From Kiritimatiellia bacterium (lineage in GTDB: Bacteria; Verrucomicrobiota; Kiritimatiellia; JAAZAB01), in NCBI GenBank assembly GCA_040767085.1, contig JAXGPF010000013.1, positions 32,001-96,000 of the forward strand: DNA of 64,000 bases, given 5' to 3'. Both the position numbers and the translations under genes were made by a program. Within the stretch, counting starts at the first letter, position 1. Every line of letters starts with the position of its first letter. This document shows, one piece after another, positions 1 to 10,441 of this stretch. The notes under the pieces are model-generated. The model was given only the letters and a program-made list of their open reading frames with translations, was not told the DNA's origin and ran no database searches.

Positions 1-1113
1 CCTTATATCAGCGCCTCCATTATCCTGCAGTTGATGACGGCGATTGTGCCAACCCTGGAGCGCCTGGCGCGCGAAGGCGATGTCGGCCGCCAGAAGATCA
101 CCCAGTACACCCGCTACCTGACCCTGGGGCTGTGCCTGGTCCAGGGGTATGCCATTCCGGTGGCTTTGCAAAACCCCGAGGCCTTGTTCGGCCAGACGAT
201 GGGCCCGATCGTGGATATGCAATCCGTCTGGGGCTTCCGCCTGCTGACGGTGGTCACGATGACGACCGGGACGATGCTGATGATGTGGCTGGGAGAACAG
301 ATGACCCAGAGCGGCGTCGGCAACGGCATTTCGCTGATCATCACGATCAACATCATCAGCCGGCTGCCGGGCGCCGTGCGGGCCACGGTGAGCATGTTCA
401 AGCCCGTCGGCGACGGCGTGGCGCAGTTTTCCGTCTTCCACCTGGTGGGCCTGCTGATCATGCTGTTCCTGGTGGTGGCCGGCACGATTGCCGTCACGCA
501 GGCGCAGCGCCGGATTCCCGTGCAATACGCCAAGCGGGTGGTCGGCCGCAAGGTTTACGGCGGGCAAAGCACCTACATGCCGCTGCGGGTGAATTATTCC
601 GGCGTCATGCCGATTATTTTCGCCTCCGCCATCCTGATGTTCCCCCAGAAAATCCTGGAAATGCTGCCGGGCGATTTTTTCAAGCATCTGGCGGTTCATT
701 TTCACATGGAACGGCCGCTTTACCTGATCCTGTACGGGTTGATGATCCTGTTTTTTTCCTATTTCTGGGTGGCGACGGTGTTTAATCCCGTGCAGATCGC
801 CGACGACCTGAAGAAGGCCGGCGGGTACATCCCCGGCATCCGGCCGGGCACGCCCACCGCGGAGTTCCTGGACCGCACGATGACGCGGATCACGCTGGCC
901 GGCGCGATTTTCCTGACCGTGATCGCGGTGCTGCCGACGATGATGGCGCGCCAGTTCAGCATTCCCTGGCTGGTGGCGTCGTTTTTCGGCGGCACCAGCA
1001 TCCTGATCATCGTGGGGGTGATGCTCGACACCATGCGCCAGGTGGAGTCCCACCTGATCATGCGCCACTATGACGGTTTCCTGAAAAAAGGCAAATTACG
1101 GGGGAGACGCTGA
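1..1113 (+). CDS. secY: Preprotein translocase SecY (5' truncated by window edge)
   Basis: Motifs [47 protein letters not shown]; lies upstream of adk. Confidence 0.98.
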   Translation, partial: PYISASIILQLMTAIVPTLERLAREGDVGRQKITQYTRYLTLGLCLVQGYAIPVALQNPEALFGQTMGPIVDMQSVWGFRLLTVVTMTTGTMLMMWLGEQMTQSGVGNGISLIITINIISRLPGAVRATVSMFKPVGDGVAQFSVFHLVGLLIMLFLVVAGTIAVTQAQRRIPVQYAKRVVGRKVYGGQSTYMPLRVNYSGVMPIIFASAILMFPQKILEMLPGDFFKHLAVHFHMERPLYLILYGLMILFFSYFWVATVFNPVQIADDLKKAGGYIPGIRPGTPTAEFLDRTMTRITLAGAIFLTVIAVLPTMMARQFSIPWLVASFFGGTSILIIVGVMLDTMRQVESHLIMRHYDGFLKKGKLRGRR

Positions 1114-1775
1114 TGGGCATTCGGGCCATAGTTTTGCTGGGCGCGCCCGGCGCCGGCAAGGGCACCATGGCGGAAGCCATTAAGGCCGCCATGCCCATCA
1201 CGCACATCGCCACGGGCGACATGCTGCGCGAGGAGATTAAAAAATCCTCGCCGCTGGGCAGCGCGGCGGCGGTTTACATGCAACAGGGCCGGCTGGTGCC
1301 CGACGACCTGATCGTGCGCATGGTCATGGAGCGTCTGGCGGGAGGCGGCGCGGACCTGCGTTGCATGTTTGACGGTTTCCCGCGCACCTTGGCCCAGGCG
1401 GAACTGCTGGACCGCAATTTCAAGTCGCAGCAGGCGGAGATCGCGGCGGTGCTGCTGCTGGAGGTGTCGCCGGAAGTGTGCCTGGCCCGGCTGACCGGCC
1501 GGCGGGTTTGCCGGCAATGCGGCGCCAATTACCACCTGCGCAATATTCCTCCGCGCCGCGCGGGCGTCTGCGACCGTTGCGGCGGAGAACTGTACCAGCG
1601 CCAGGACGACATGCCGGAAACCATCGCCAAGCGCCTGGAAATTTTCCGGCAGCAGAACGCGGGATTGCTTGAATATTACGAGCGCCAGGGAAAATTGGCG
1701 CATCTGGATGCCGGGGGCGCGCGCGACGCCACCCTGGCAGCCGCGCTGCGGATTTTGGCGGAACACAATTTTTGA
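1113..1775 (+). CDS. adk: Adenylate kinase with zinc-binding lid
   Basis: GAPGAGKGT P-loop, FDGFPRT, CxxC...CxxC lid; TGATG overlap with secY. Confidence 0.97.
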   Translation: MGIRAIVLLGAPGAGKGTMAEAIKAAMPITHIATGDMLREEIKKSSPLGSAAAVYMQQGRLVPDDLIVRMVMERLAGGGADLRCMFDGFPRTLAQAELLDRNFKSQQAEIAAVLLLEVSPEVCLARLTGRRVCRQCGANYHLRNIPPRRAGVCDRCGGELYQRQDDMPETIAKRLEIFRQQNAGLLEYYERQGKLAHLDAGGARDATLAAALRILAEHNF

Positions 1776-1776
1776 T

Positions 1777-2535
1777 ATGATTATCATCAAGGATGCCGCG
1801 GAATTGGCGCGTATGCGCGCCGCCGGGCGGGCGACCGCGCGGGTTTGCGGGCAGGTGGCCCGGAACATAGCTCCCGGCATGACCACGGGTGAAATCAACG
1901 ATTTTGCCGCCCGGATGATGGCGGACATGGGCGTGAAAAGCGCCTTTTTGGGATACCGGGGTTACCCGGGCGCGATTTGTGTGTCGGTGAATGAGGAGGT
2001 CGTGCACGGCTTGCCCGGCCGGCGGCGCATCCGGGCCGGAGATATTGTCAGCATTGATGTCGGCGTGGTGGTGGACGGTTTTGTCGGCGATATGGCCACG
2101 ACGGTGGCCGTGGGCGTCGGCGACGGCGAAGTGCTGCGGCTGCTGGCCGCGGCGGAGCAGGCGCTGCACGCCGGCATCGCCAATGCCCGCGCCGGGCGGC
2201 GTCTGGGGGATGTGTCGCATGCCGTGGAAACGGCCGCCGTGTCCGCCGGATTCAGCGTGGTGCGGGAGTTCGTCGGCCATGGCATCGGCCGGCAGATGCA
2301 CGAGGATCCGCAGGTCCCGAATTTCGGGCGGCCGGGCCAGGGGCCGCAGTTGCGCAGCGGCATGACGCTGGCCATCGAGCCGATGCTGAACATGGGCGGG
2401 GCCGCGGTGGAAGTGCTGGACGATGGCTGGACTGTGGTCACGCGGGACCGCCGGCCTTCGGCGCATTTTGAGCATACGGTGGCGGTGGGCGACGGCGAAG
2501 CGGAAATTCTGACCAGGTGGGATGACGGCATTTGA
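1777..2535 (+). CDS. map: Methionine aminopeptidase type I
   Basis: CVSVNEEVVHG, GHGIG, AIEPM, SAHFEHT; ATG at 1777 just after the adk stop. Confidence 0.96.
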   Translation: MIIIKDAAELARMRAAGRATARVCGQVARNIAPGMTTGEINDFAARMMADMGVKSAFLGYRGYPGAICVSVNEEVVHGLPGRRRIRAGDIVSIDVGVVVDGFVGDMATTVAVGVGDGEVLRLLAAAEQALHAGIANARAGRRLGDVSHAVETAAVSAGFSVVREFVGHGIGRQMHEDPQVPNFGRPGQGPQLRSGMTLAIEPMLNMGGAAVEVLDDGWTVVTRDRRPSAHFEHTVAVGDGEAEILTRWDDGI

Positions 2536-2559
2536 CTTGGCGGAAAAGTTTGCTATAAT
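2532..2559 (+). promoter_or_regulatory. Sigma70-type promoter for rpmJ/alpha operon
   Basis: TTGACT-16 nt-TATAAT with extended -10 (TGcTATAAT). Confidence 0.8.
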
Positions 2560-2598
2560 GGCGGTTTCTTTCATTATTTTTGATCGGGAGATGGCGGG

Positions 2599-2712
2599 AT
2601 GAAAGTCAGAAGTTCAGTCAAACGCATTTGCGAACGGTGCAAGATCATCCGGCGCAAGGGGGTGGTGCGGGTAATTTGCACCAATCCGCGCCACAAACAA
2701 CGGCAAGGATAG
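2599..2712 (+). CDS. rpmJ: 50S ribosomal protein L36 (not in ORF track)
   Basis: Manual translation [37 protein letters not shown], zinc-ribbon form. Confidence 0.98.
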   Translation: MKVRSSVKRICERCKIIRRKGVVRVICTNPRHKQRQG

Positions 2713-2721
2713 GAGTAGGAC

Positions 2722-3126
2722 ATGCCCAAGATTCTCGGCATAGACATTCCCGGGAAAAAGCCCGTGGTTTACGCTTTGCGATATATTTACGGCGTGGGGC
2801 TGACGCGCGCGCAGCATATCGCCGCCGTGTTGAAAATCGACCCCGCCAAGCACGCGGACGATTTAACCGGCGAGGAATTGACCCGGATTACCGGGATGTT
2901 ACAGGAAAAATATGTCCTGGAAGGCGACCTGCGCCGGGAAGTGGCCCAGAATATCCGGCGTTTGATCAGCATCGGCTCGTACCGCGGCCTGCGCCACCGG
3001 CGCGGTTTGCCGGTGCGCGGCCAGCGCACGCATACCAACGCCCGGACCCGCAAGGGCGTGCGCAAAACTGTGGGCGTGGTACGCGGGCGCGAGGCCCGTT
3101 CGGATGCGCGCTCGGCGACCAAATAA
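2722..3126 (+). CDS. rpsM: 30S ribosomal protein S13
   Basis: [32 protein letters not shown]. Confidence 0.98.
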   Translation: MPKILGIDIPGKKPVVYALRYIYGVGLTRAQHIAAVLKIDPAKHADDLTGEELTRITGMLQEKYVLEGDLRREVAQNIRRLISIGSYRGLRHRRGLPVRGQRTHTNARTRKGVRKTVGVVRGREARSDARSATK

Positions 3127-3166
3127 CTTTGCATTAGCGGCATAGGTGGAGGAATCTGAGAATATC

Positions 3167-3664
3167 ATGGCCAAGGATAATCCAAAGGCGGAAGAAGCAG
3201 TAAAAGGCAAACCGTCCGAAGAGGCGGCAGCGGCGGCGGCCCCGGCGGCGGCGGCGGAAGGCGCGGCGGAAGCCGGCGCGGCCGCCAAACCGGCGGCGCG
3301 GCGCAAAGGCGCGCGCACCGTTTCCGCGGGCATAGCGCATATTAACGCGACTTTCAACAATACGCAGATCGTGATTACCGACATGAAGGGCGCCGTGCTG
3401 GCCTGGAGCAGTTCCGGCCGCATGGGCTTCAAGGGCACGCGCAAAAGCACGGCGTATGCCGCCACGGTGGTTGCACAGGATGTGTCCCGGCAGGCTGCCG
3501 GGTATCGCATGCACGAGATGGAAGTGCGGGTGCAGGGGCCGGGCGCCGGCCGCGAATCGGCCATCCGGGCGCTGCAGGCGGCGGGTTTCGCCGTTACGGT
3601 CATCAAGGATGTCACCCCCATACCGCATAATGGTTGCCGGCCGCGCAAGCGGCGGCGGGTGTAA
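3167..3664 (+). CDS. rpsK: 30S ribosomal protein S11 with Ala/Glu/Lys-rich N-terminal extension
   Basis: [31 protein letters not shown]. Confidence 0.97.
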   Translation: MAKDNPKAEEAVKGKPSEEAAAAAAPAAAAEGAAEAGAAAKPAARRKGARTVSAGIAHINATFNNTQIVITDMKGAVLAWSSSGRMGFKGTRKSTAYAATVVAQDVSRQAAGYRMHEMEVRVQGPGAGRESAIRALQAAGFAVTVIKDVTPIPHNGCRPRKRRRV

Positions 3665-3687
3665 TTTAACTAAGGAAGGGGCGGTAC

Positions 3688-4314
3688 ATGGGTAGATATA
3701 ATGGTCCGGCCTGCCGCATCTGTCGGCGCGAAGGCATGAAGTTGTTTCTGAAGGGTGAGCGGTGCAATATGGCCAAGTGCGCCATCGAAACCGGGCGCGG
3801 CGTGCCCGGCATGCACGGCATGCAACGCTCCAAACCGTCGGATTATGCCCGCCAGTTTCGCGAGAAACAGCGTTTACAGCGATTTTACGGATTGCAGAAC
3901 GGCCAGTTCCGCCTGGTGTTCCGGCGCGCGGCGCGGGCCCAGGGCGTGACCGGCGAGACCTTGTTGCAGGCGCTGGAAATGCGCCTGGACAATCTGGTTT
4001 ACCGCCTGGGTTTCGCCGCCAGCCGGCGTGCCGCGCGGCAATTGGTGCGGCACCGCCACATGGCGGTTAACGGGCATACCGCGGATGTGCCTTCCATGAC
4101 GTTGAAGGCCGGCGATACAGTCGCCGTGCGGGACAACCCGCGCAGCCGCGGGCTGGCTCAGAAGGCTTTGGAAACGGCGCAGGGCCGGACGCTTTCGCCC
4201 TGGCTGGCTCTGGATGCCGCCGCTTTCAGCGGTTCGGTTGTGCGCATCCCCACGCGGGATGAAATTGCGCCGCTGGTCAACGAGCAGTTGGTGGTGGAGT
4301 TGTGTTCCAAGTAA
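3688..4314 (+). CDS. rpsD: 30S ribosomal protein S4
   Basis: CRICRREG, LEMRLDNLVYRLGFA, alpha-operon position. Confidence 0.98.
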   Translation: MGRYNGPACRICRREGMKLFLKGERCNMAKCAIETGRGVPGMHGMQRSKPSDYARQFREKQRLQRFYGLQNGQFRLVFRRAARAQGVTGETLLQALEMRLDNLVYRLGFAASRRAARQLVRHRHMAVNGHTADVPSMTLKAGDTVAVRDNPRSRGLAQKALETAQGRTLSPWLALDAAAFSGSVVRIPTRDEIAPLVNEQLVVELCSK

Positions 4315-4353
4315 CGCGCGGAGCCGATATTTTTTTTGGAGGGTTGAAAGACC

Positions 4354-5364
4354 ATGACGGTTAAGATTGGCAGATTCGAGATGCCCAAGCGGGTGGTTAA
4401 GGAGCAGGGCTCGGCCACCGCCACTTATGCCCGCTTCATCGCGGAGCCGTTTGAGCCCGGGTACGGGCGCACGGTGGGCAATAGTTTGCGGCGGGTGCTC
4501 CTTTCGTCGCTGGAAGGCGCCGCGGTTTCTTCAGTCAAGATTGCCGGCGCGCACCATGAATTCTGCGCTATTCCCGGTGTCGTGGAAGATGTCACGGATA
4601 TCATCCTCAACCTGAAAAAAGTGCTGTTACGCACCTTCACCCGCGAGCCGCAGCGTTTGACCATCAATGCCAAGGGGCCCGGCGAAGTGACGGCGGCCGC
4701 TATTTCGTCGTCGCACCTGGTGGAAGTGCTCAATCCGAAGCATTTTATCGCCACCCTCGCGCAGGACGGCAAGTTTGAAGCCGAGATCGAGGTCACCGTG
4801 GGACGTGGGTTTTCGCCCGCGGACTGGGGCGACAAGAAGGACGCGGAAATCGGCATCATTCCCATTGACTGCGTATATTCGCCGGTGCGCCGGGTGAACT
4901 TCTCCGTGGAAAACATCCGCGTGGGACGCCGCACGGATTACGACAAGTTGGTGCTGGACATCTGGACCGACGACCGCCTGTCGCCGGATGAAGCCCTGAC
5001 GCGCTCGGCCATGATCATGCGCCATCATCTTGACGCGTTTGTGAACTTCACGGACGAGTTGCTGGAGTTCGAACAGACGGACAACCTGGTGGACAAGGAA
5101 CGCGAGGAACTCCGCCGCAAGCTCAACATGAGCGTCAACGAAATCGAGCTCAGCGTCCGCGCCGCCAACTGCCTGAACAACGCGAATATTCTGACGGTCG
5201 GCCAGCTGGCCCAGAAGACCGAGGCCGACATGCTGAAATACCGTAATTTCGGCAAGAAGTCCCTCCAGGAAATTGTGCAGAAATTGCAGGAGATGGGCAT
5301 CAGCATGGGGTCAACCTTTGACCCGGAATTACTGAAGCCCCCCGCTCCGGCGGAAACCAAGTAA
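4354..5364 (+). CDS. rpoA: RNA polymerase alpha subunit
   Basis: EPFEPGYGRTVGNSLRRVLLSS, ELSVRAANCL, NFGKKSL. Confidence 0.99.
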   Translation: MTVKIGRFEMPKRVVKEQGSATATYARFIAEPFEPGYGRTVGNSLRRVLLSSLEGAAVSSVKIAGAHHEFCAIPGVVEDVTDIILNLKKVLLRTFTREPQRLTINAKGPGEVTAAAISSSHLVEVLNPKHFIATLAQDGKFEAEIEVTVGRGFSPADWGDKKDAEIGIIPIDCVYSPVRRVNFSVENIRVGRRTDYDKLVLDIWTDDRLSPDEALTRSAMIMRHHLDAFVNFTDELLEFEQTDNLVDKEREELRRKLNMSVNEIELSVRAANCLNNANILTVGQLAQKTEADMLKYRNFGKKSLQEIVQKLQEMGISMGSTFDPELLKPPAPAETK

Positions 5365-5391
5365 TATTGAATTTGACGGACAAGGTGAGTT

Positions 5392-5808
5392 ATGCGACAT
5401 CAGGTAGTGACGACTAAGTTCGGCCGGACGACTGAGCACCGGGCGGCCATGCTGGCCGCGGTGGTCTGCGGCTTGATTCTGGAGAAACGCGTGCGGACCA
5501 CGCTGCCTAAGGCGCGGGCCGCCCGGCGCCTGGCTGAGCGCATGGTGACGCTGGGCAAGCAGGGCACGCTGGCGGCGCGCCGCCGCGCCGCCGCCGTTTT
5601 GCGCCGGCCGGCTCCGGTCAAGCAATTATTCGAGGAAATCGCTCCCCGGTGCGCCAGCCGGGCCGGCGGCTATACCCGGATCATCAAACTGGATGACCGG
5701 CGCAGTGATGGCGCCGCCATGGCCATGCTGGAATGGGTGGATGTCGCGTATGTCAGCCGCCGGAAGCCTCCGAAAACCAGCGAAGAGAAGCCGGGCAAAA
5801 CGGCTTGA
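5392..5808 (+). CDS. rplQ: 50S ribosomal protein L17
   Basis: MRH start, TTLPKA, GGYTRIIK; follows rpoA. Confidence 0.97.
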   Translation: MRHQVVTTKFGRTTEHRAAMLAAVVCGLILEKRVRTTLPKARAARRLAERMVTLGKQGTLAARRRAAAVLRRPAPVKQLFEEIAPRCASRAGGYTRIIKLDDRRSDGAAMAMLEWVDVAYVSRRKPPKTSEEKPGKTA

Positions 5809-5817
5809 TCGGCGGTT

Positions 5818-7092
5818 ATGGCAAAATTCAAGTACACCGCAACCAACGCGCAAGGCGCTGAAAAAAACGGCGTCATTGAATCAGCCAACCGGGCGGCCGC
5901 CCTGGCCAAGTTGCGGGAAGGCGGCCTGTATCCCTCGCGGATCGATGAAGTGGCGGCCCCGAAGACCGCCGCGGCCAAGTCCGCCCCCGCGGCCAAGCGC
6001 GGCGGGATGAACATGGAAATCAAGATTGCCCTGCCGAAATTTCTCCGCCGCGTCAAGAAAAAGCAGTTGATGGTGTTCACGCGGCAATTGGCCACGCTGA
6101 TTGACGCCGGCGTCCCCCTGCTGCGCGCCTTGCAAATCCTCGAAAAACAGGAACAGAGCGGGGCGCTCAAAGCCATGATCGGCGAAATGTGCGAATCGGT
6201 CGAAGGCGGCTCCCCTTTCGCGGAAGCGCTGGCGCAGCATCCCCGGTGTTTTGACCGGCTGTTCATCAACATGGTCCGGGCGGGCGAAGTCGGCGGTGTG
6301 CTGGCGGTGACGCTCAACCGGTTGGCGGAATTCATCGAAAAAGCCGAGAAGATCAAGACCAAGGTCAAGGGCGCCATGGTGTACCCGATCGTCGTGCTGA
6401 TCATGGCCCTGGGCATTACCGGTTTCCTGATGGTGGTGATCATTCCCAAGTTCACGGAAATTTTCCGCGATCTGCTGAAAGGCGCGGAAATGCCGGCCTT
6501 GACCCAGTTCGTCGCCAAGGCCAGCGATACGCTGGTCCACCGGTTCCCGCTGGTGCTGGGGGTCATTGCCGGCGCGGTGATGTTATTCAAGCTGCTGGGC
6601 ATGACCAAGCCGGGGCGCTACCTGCTGGACCGGCTCTCGTTGTCCATGCCGGTGATTGGCGGCCTGCTGAGCAAGGTCAGCATCTCGCGGTTCACGCGCA
6701 CCCTGGGCACCTTGATGAGTTCCGATGTGCAGATTCTGCAGGCGCTCAATATCGTCCGCGACACCGCCGGCAATATGGTGGTGGCGCGGGCCATCCAATC
6801 CGTGCATGACAGCGTGAAGGAAGGCGAGTCCGTGGCCGCGCCCATGGAAAGCGCCGGCGTTTTTCCGTCCATGGTGGTGAGCATGGTCATGGTCGGAGAG
6901 GAAACAGGCCGGCTGTCCGAGATGCTGGTCAAGATCGCCGACAGCTACGATACGGAAGTGGATGCGGCGGTGGACGGGCTCACCTCGATTATTGAGCCGG
7001 TGCTGATCATCTTTCTGGCCGTGGTGGTGGGGACGATTGTCGTCGCCATGTTCATGCCGCTGATTGACATTATTTCCAATCTGCAGGGCTAG
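5818..7092 (+). CDS. pilC: Type IV pilus/T2SS inner-membrane platform protein (PilC/GspF family)
   Basis: FTRQLATLIDAGVPL, AGEVGG, VKGAMVYP, VGEETG, IEP; two T2SSF domains. Confidence 0.9.
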   Translation: MAKFKYTATNAQGAEKNGVIESANRAAALAKLREGGLYPSRIDEVAAPKTAAAKSAPAAKRGGMNMEIKIALPKFLRRVKKKQLMVFTRQLATLIDAGVPLLRALQILEKQEQSGALKAMIGEMCESVEGGSPFAEALAQHPRCFDRLFINMVRAGEVGGVLAVTLNRLAEFIEKAEKIKTKVKGAMVYPIVVLIMALGITGFLMVVIIPKFTEIFRDLLKGAEMPALTQFVAKASDTLVHRFPLVLGVIAGAVMLFKLLGMTKPGRYLLDRLSLSMPVIGGLLSKVSISRFTRTLGTLMSSDVQILQALNIVRDTAGNMVVARAIQSVHDSVKEGESVAAPMESAGVFPSMVVSMVMVGEETGRLSEMLVKIADSYDTEVDAAVDGLTSIIEPVLIIFLAVVVGTIVVAMFMPLIDIISNLQG

Positions 7093-7161
7093 TTTTGCGC
7101 GGCCGGCGGACCCGCGCGGCGCCGGCCAGTATTCCGCCGGCCTTCCGCTGCGGGACGGCGA

Positions 7162-7800
7162 ATGGTGAACAGCAAACTTGGATTGGATTTTTTCCGGCGC
7201 CCGGATGTGGCGCGCATCGGCCGCGAATTGATCGGCAAGATGCTTTGCACCCGGATCGGCGGTGCGGCGGTCACGACCGGCATGATCGTGGAAACGGAAG
7301 CTTACGGCGGCGTGGACGACCGGGCCTCGCATGCTTTCGGCGGTCGGCGGACGGACCGCACCGCGGTCATGTATCGCGCCGGCGGCGTGGCCTACGTCTA
7401 TTTGTGTTATGGGCTGCATTGCCTGTTCAATATCATCACCAATCGCGAAGAAATCCCGCATGCCGTTTTGATTCGCGCCGTGGAGCCGCGCCGGGGTGTG
7501 GACGTCATGCTGCGCCGCCGCGGCCGGGCGCGCGCGGACCGCGCCCTGGCTGGCGGCCCGGGCGCGCTGTGCCGGGCGCTGGGCATCGCTTTGCGGCACA
7601 ACGGGATGAACTTGACCGGCAATGTCATCTGGCTGGAGGAGGGCGCGCCGGTGCCGCCGTCGCAGGTTTGCCGGACACCGCGGATCGGCGTGGCGTACGC
7701 GGGCGCGGATGCCGCGCGGCTCTGGCGGTTCAGTTTGCGCGGCAGCCCGTGGGTCAGCCGTCCGCCGCCCCGCAGCGATCGCGGCGGCGCGGGCATCTGA
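7162..7800 (+). CDS. DNA-3-methyladenine glycosylase (MPG/AAG family)
   Basis: IVETEAY, DRASHA, AYVYLCYGLH, AVLIRAVEP, PRIGV. Confidence 0.93.
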   Translation: MVNSKLGLDFFRRPDVARIGRELIGKMLCTRIGGAAVTTGMIVETEAYGGVDDRASHAFGGRRTDRTAVMYRAGGVAYVYLCYGLHCLFNIITNREEIPHAVLIRAVEPRRGVDVMLRRRGRARADRALAGGPGALCRALGIALRHNGMNLTGNVIWLEEGAPVPPSQVCRTPRIGVAYAGADAARLWRFSLRGSPWVSRPPPRSDRGGAGI

Positions 7801-7927
7801 AATATTTTGGGCGGAAACCTTGAAGATTAAACCTGGCGGCGCGTAAAGCGCGGGAGCCGGCTGCCGGCTAACCGCGCCTTGGCGGCGCCGCCTTGAATGC
7901 GGGCGCGGGCCCGCGCTGGGAGAGCAA

Positions 7928-9391
7928 ATGGGATTCAATGCGATCATGGAAGAAAGCGCCGTGCCGGACCGGCCGCGCGAAGCTTGCGGCCTTTTCGGCG
8001 GGTTCGGCTTGCCGCAGATTTCACCCCTGATTTACCAGGGGCTCTTTTCCCTGCAGCACCGCGGCCAGGAAGGCGCGGGCATGGTGGTCAGCGACGGCAT
8101 CCATGTGCGTTCCTGCAAGGGACAGGGATTGGTCAACGACGTTTTCCGGAAGGATTCCTGGAAAAACCTGCCGGGCCACCTGGGGATCGGCCATGTGCGT
8201 TATTCCACGACCGGCTCCAAGCGCATCCAGAATGTTCAGCCGCTGGTGGTGGAATGCATTGACGGCATCTGGGCCATTGCCCATAACGGCAACCTGATCA
8301 ACGCCCGGTCCCTGCGCCAGCGCTATCAGGAAGCCGGGGCGATTTTCCAGACCAGCACCGACAGCGAAGTCTTGATTCATTTGCTGGCCGACCCGCTTTA
8401 CCGGTCGCGCCCCGGCCGGGTTTCCGGCGCGCTGGGCGAATTGCTGGGCGCCTTCGCCTTTCTTTTGATGACCCGCGACTGCGTCATGGCCGCGCGGGAC
8501 ACCATGGGGTTCAAACCGCTGTCCATCGGCCGGCTGGGCCAGGGTTATGTTTTTGCCAGCGAAACCTGCGCCTTGAACCAGGTGGGCGCGGAGTACCTGC
8601 GCGATGTCCTGCCGGGCGAACTGGTGGTGGCGGACGAGACGGGGCTGCACAGCAGCATCTTCAGCCCGCCGGCCGCCCGGCAGGCGCAATGCATCTTCGA
8701 GCATGTCTATTTCGCGCGCCCTGACAGCTGCCTGTTCGGCGAAAACGTGCACACCATCCGCTGCCGCCTGGGCGAACGTTTGGCGCAGGAACATCCGGTC
8801 GAGGCGGATATCGTCATCCCGGTTCCCGACAGCGGCAACTCCGCCGCGCTGGGATTTGCGCGCGGCAGCGGTATCCCCCTGGATGTCGGCTTCATCCGCA
8901 ACCACTATATCGGCCGCACCTTCATCATGCCCGAGCAGACGCAGCGCGCCGGCAGCGCGGACTTGAAACTGGCAGTGGTGGCGGGTGTGGTCAAGGGCAA
9001 ACGCGTGGTGGTGGTGGACGATTCCATCGTGCGGGGCACCACCGCCCGCCGCCGCGTGGAAGCGTTGCGCCATGCCGGCACGCGGGAAATCCATATGCGG
9101 ATTTCCTGCCCGCCCGTCCGGCATCCCTGTTTTTTCGGCATTGATTTTCCGACGCGCGAGGAATTGATTGCCGGGTCCAAGAATGTCGAGGAAATCCGCA
9201 AGTTTATCGGTGTGGACAGCCTGGGCTATCTCAGCATCGAGGGCATGCTGTCGCAGTTTCGCGACCGCCAGGCTTTCTGCGCCGCCTGTTTCTCCGGAGA
9301 ATATCCGCTGGATGTCAACCGCGTCCAGGGGAAACGCACGCTGGAGGATTTTGTGCCCCTGTTGAATTTCGATCCCCACAGCGGGCGGTAG
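7928..9391 (+). CDS. purF: Amidophosphoribosyltransferase (propeptide, Fe-S type)
   Basis: EACG nucleophile, LQHRGQE, GHVRYST, VDDSIVRGTT, CAAC; start may be 7946. Confidence 0.97.
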   Translation: MGFNAIMEESAVPDRPREACGLFGGFGLPQISPLIYQGLFSLQHRGQEGAGMVVSDGIHVRSCKGQGLVNDVFRKDSWKNLPGHLGIGHVRYSTTGSKRIQNVQPLVVECIDGIWAIAHNGNLINARSLRQRYQEAGAIFQTSTDSEVLIHLLADPLYRSRPGRVSGALGELLGAFAFLLMTRDCVMAARDTMGFKPLSIGRLGQGYVFASETCALNQVGAEYLRDVLPGELVVADETGLHSSIFSPPAARQAQCIFEHVYFARPDSCLFGENVHTIRCRLGERLAQEHPVEADIVIPVPDSGNSAALGFARGSGIPLDVGFIRNHYIGRTFIMPEQTQRAGSADLKLAVVAGVVKGKRVVVVDDSIVRGTTARRRVEALRHAGTREIHMRISCPPVRHPCFFGIDFPTREELIAGSKNVEEIRKFIGVDSLGYLSIEGMLSQFRDRQAFCAACFSGEYPLDVNRVQGKRTLEDFVPLLNFDPHSGR

Positions 9392-9421
9392 TCCTCGGAT
9401 CGGGGCCGGCCCGCGGGACGT

Positions 9422-10429
9422 TCAGGGCCGGGAATTATACCGCCGCGCCGGGCGCAGGGGAGGCAACCCGAAAATGCGCTCGGCGTTGCCGTGCGCCACC
9501 TGCTGCAGGACCGCATCCGGCAGCCGCAGTTGATGGATGAACCGGGCGTGGCATAAAAAGGTTTGCGTCTGGTAGGCATCGGCGGTGCCCAAGGCCAGCG
9601 AGGAGTCGGTGCCGAACAGTATGCGTTCCTGATGTTTCAGGAAGAATGCCCGCAAGATTTCGCGGTCTTCCGGGTATAATTCGTCGCCCCAGCGCAGGAA
9701 GCCGGCGCAACTGGTATCCACTGCGACATTCGAGTAATTGCGCAGGATGGCGTCCACCCGCTCGAGGCCGATGTGCATCTGGTGCGCGCCGATCAGCGTC
9801 AAATCCGGATGCTGCCGCGCGATTTGCAACGCGGTTTGCAGGAGCAGCTCGTTGGAGGTCGTCGGCCCGGTTTTGGCGTCGCTCCAGTAGGGGTTGGCGC
9901 CGCCGCCGTGGTAGGGCGAGACGCTGACCCGCTGGGTGATGTGCCAGAGCAGGGCCTTTTTAGCGCGGCTGACCGTCTCAAACATTTCCGTCCAGGGCTT
10001 TTGCAGCCAGACATCGTGGCTGGCTGCGCCTTGCATCAGCGGAGAATTGTGCAGTTTCAATCCCAGTGCGCCGTGCTCGAATGCCCGTTGGGCCAGCGCG
10101 GCGTCCGGCTGGTCGTAAGGGACGCGGAACAGCCAGCCGAAACGCGCATCCTGCGCGGCGAGGTCGCGGCAAACGTGAAATGCTTCCGGCCGGCTGACGA
10201 TGGCGATGACCCGGCCCAACCGGAAGGCGTCCAGTTGCGCGAACCAATCTCCCAGGATGCGGTAGAACTCGGCGTGCGTGGTTGGTCGCTCCATGTGATT
10301 GTGGCAGTCCAGCCAGTAGTCCTCGTTGGGCTGGAAATGAAAGCCCCAGCCCCTGGAAAAACCGTTGTCCAGCGTTTCACGTTCGGCGATATCGGGCGGG
10401 CGCGGGTGGCCGGCATGGAAGATAGTCAT
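9422..10429 (-). CDS. Amidohydrolase family protein (Amidohydro_2-like)
   Basis: DCHNH, GLKLH, GAH, ILFGTDS, HGNAERI. Confidence 0.8.
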   Translation of the reverse strand: MTIFHAGHPRPPDIAERETLDNGFSRGWGFHFQPNEDYWLDCHNHMERPTTHAEFYRILGDWFAQLDAFRLGRVIAIVSRPEAFHVCRDLAAQDARFGWLFRVPYDQPDAALAQRAFEHGALGLKLHNSPLMQGAASHDVWLQKPWTEMFETVSRAKKALLWHITQRVSVSPYHGGGANPYWSDAKTGPTTSNELLLQTALQIARQHPDLTLIGAHQMHIGLERVDAILRNYSNVAVDTSCAGFLRWGDELYPEDREILRAFFLKHQERILFGTDSSLALGTADAYQTQTFLCHARFIHQLRLPDAVLQQVAHGNAERIFGLPPLRPARRYNSRP

Positions 10430-10441
10430 GATGGTCAAAAA

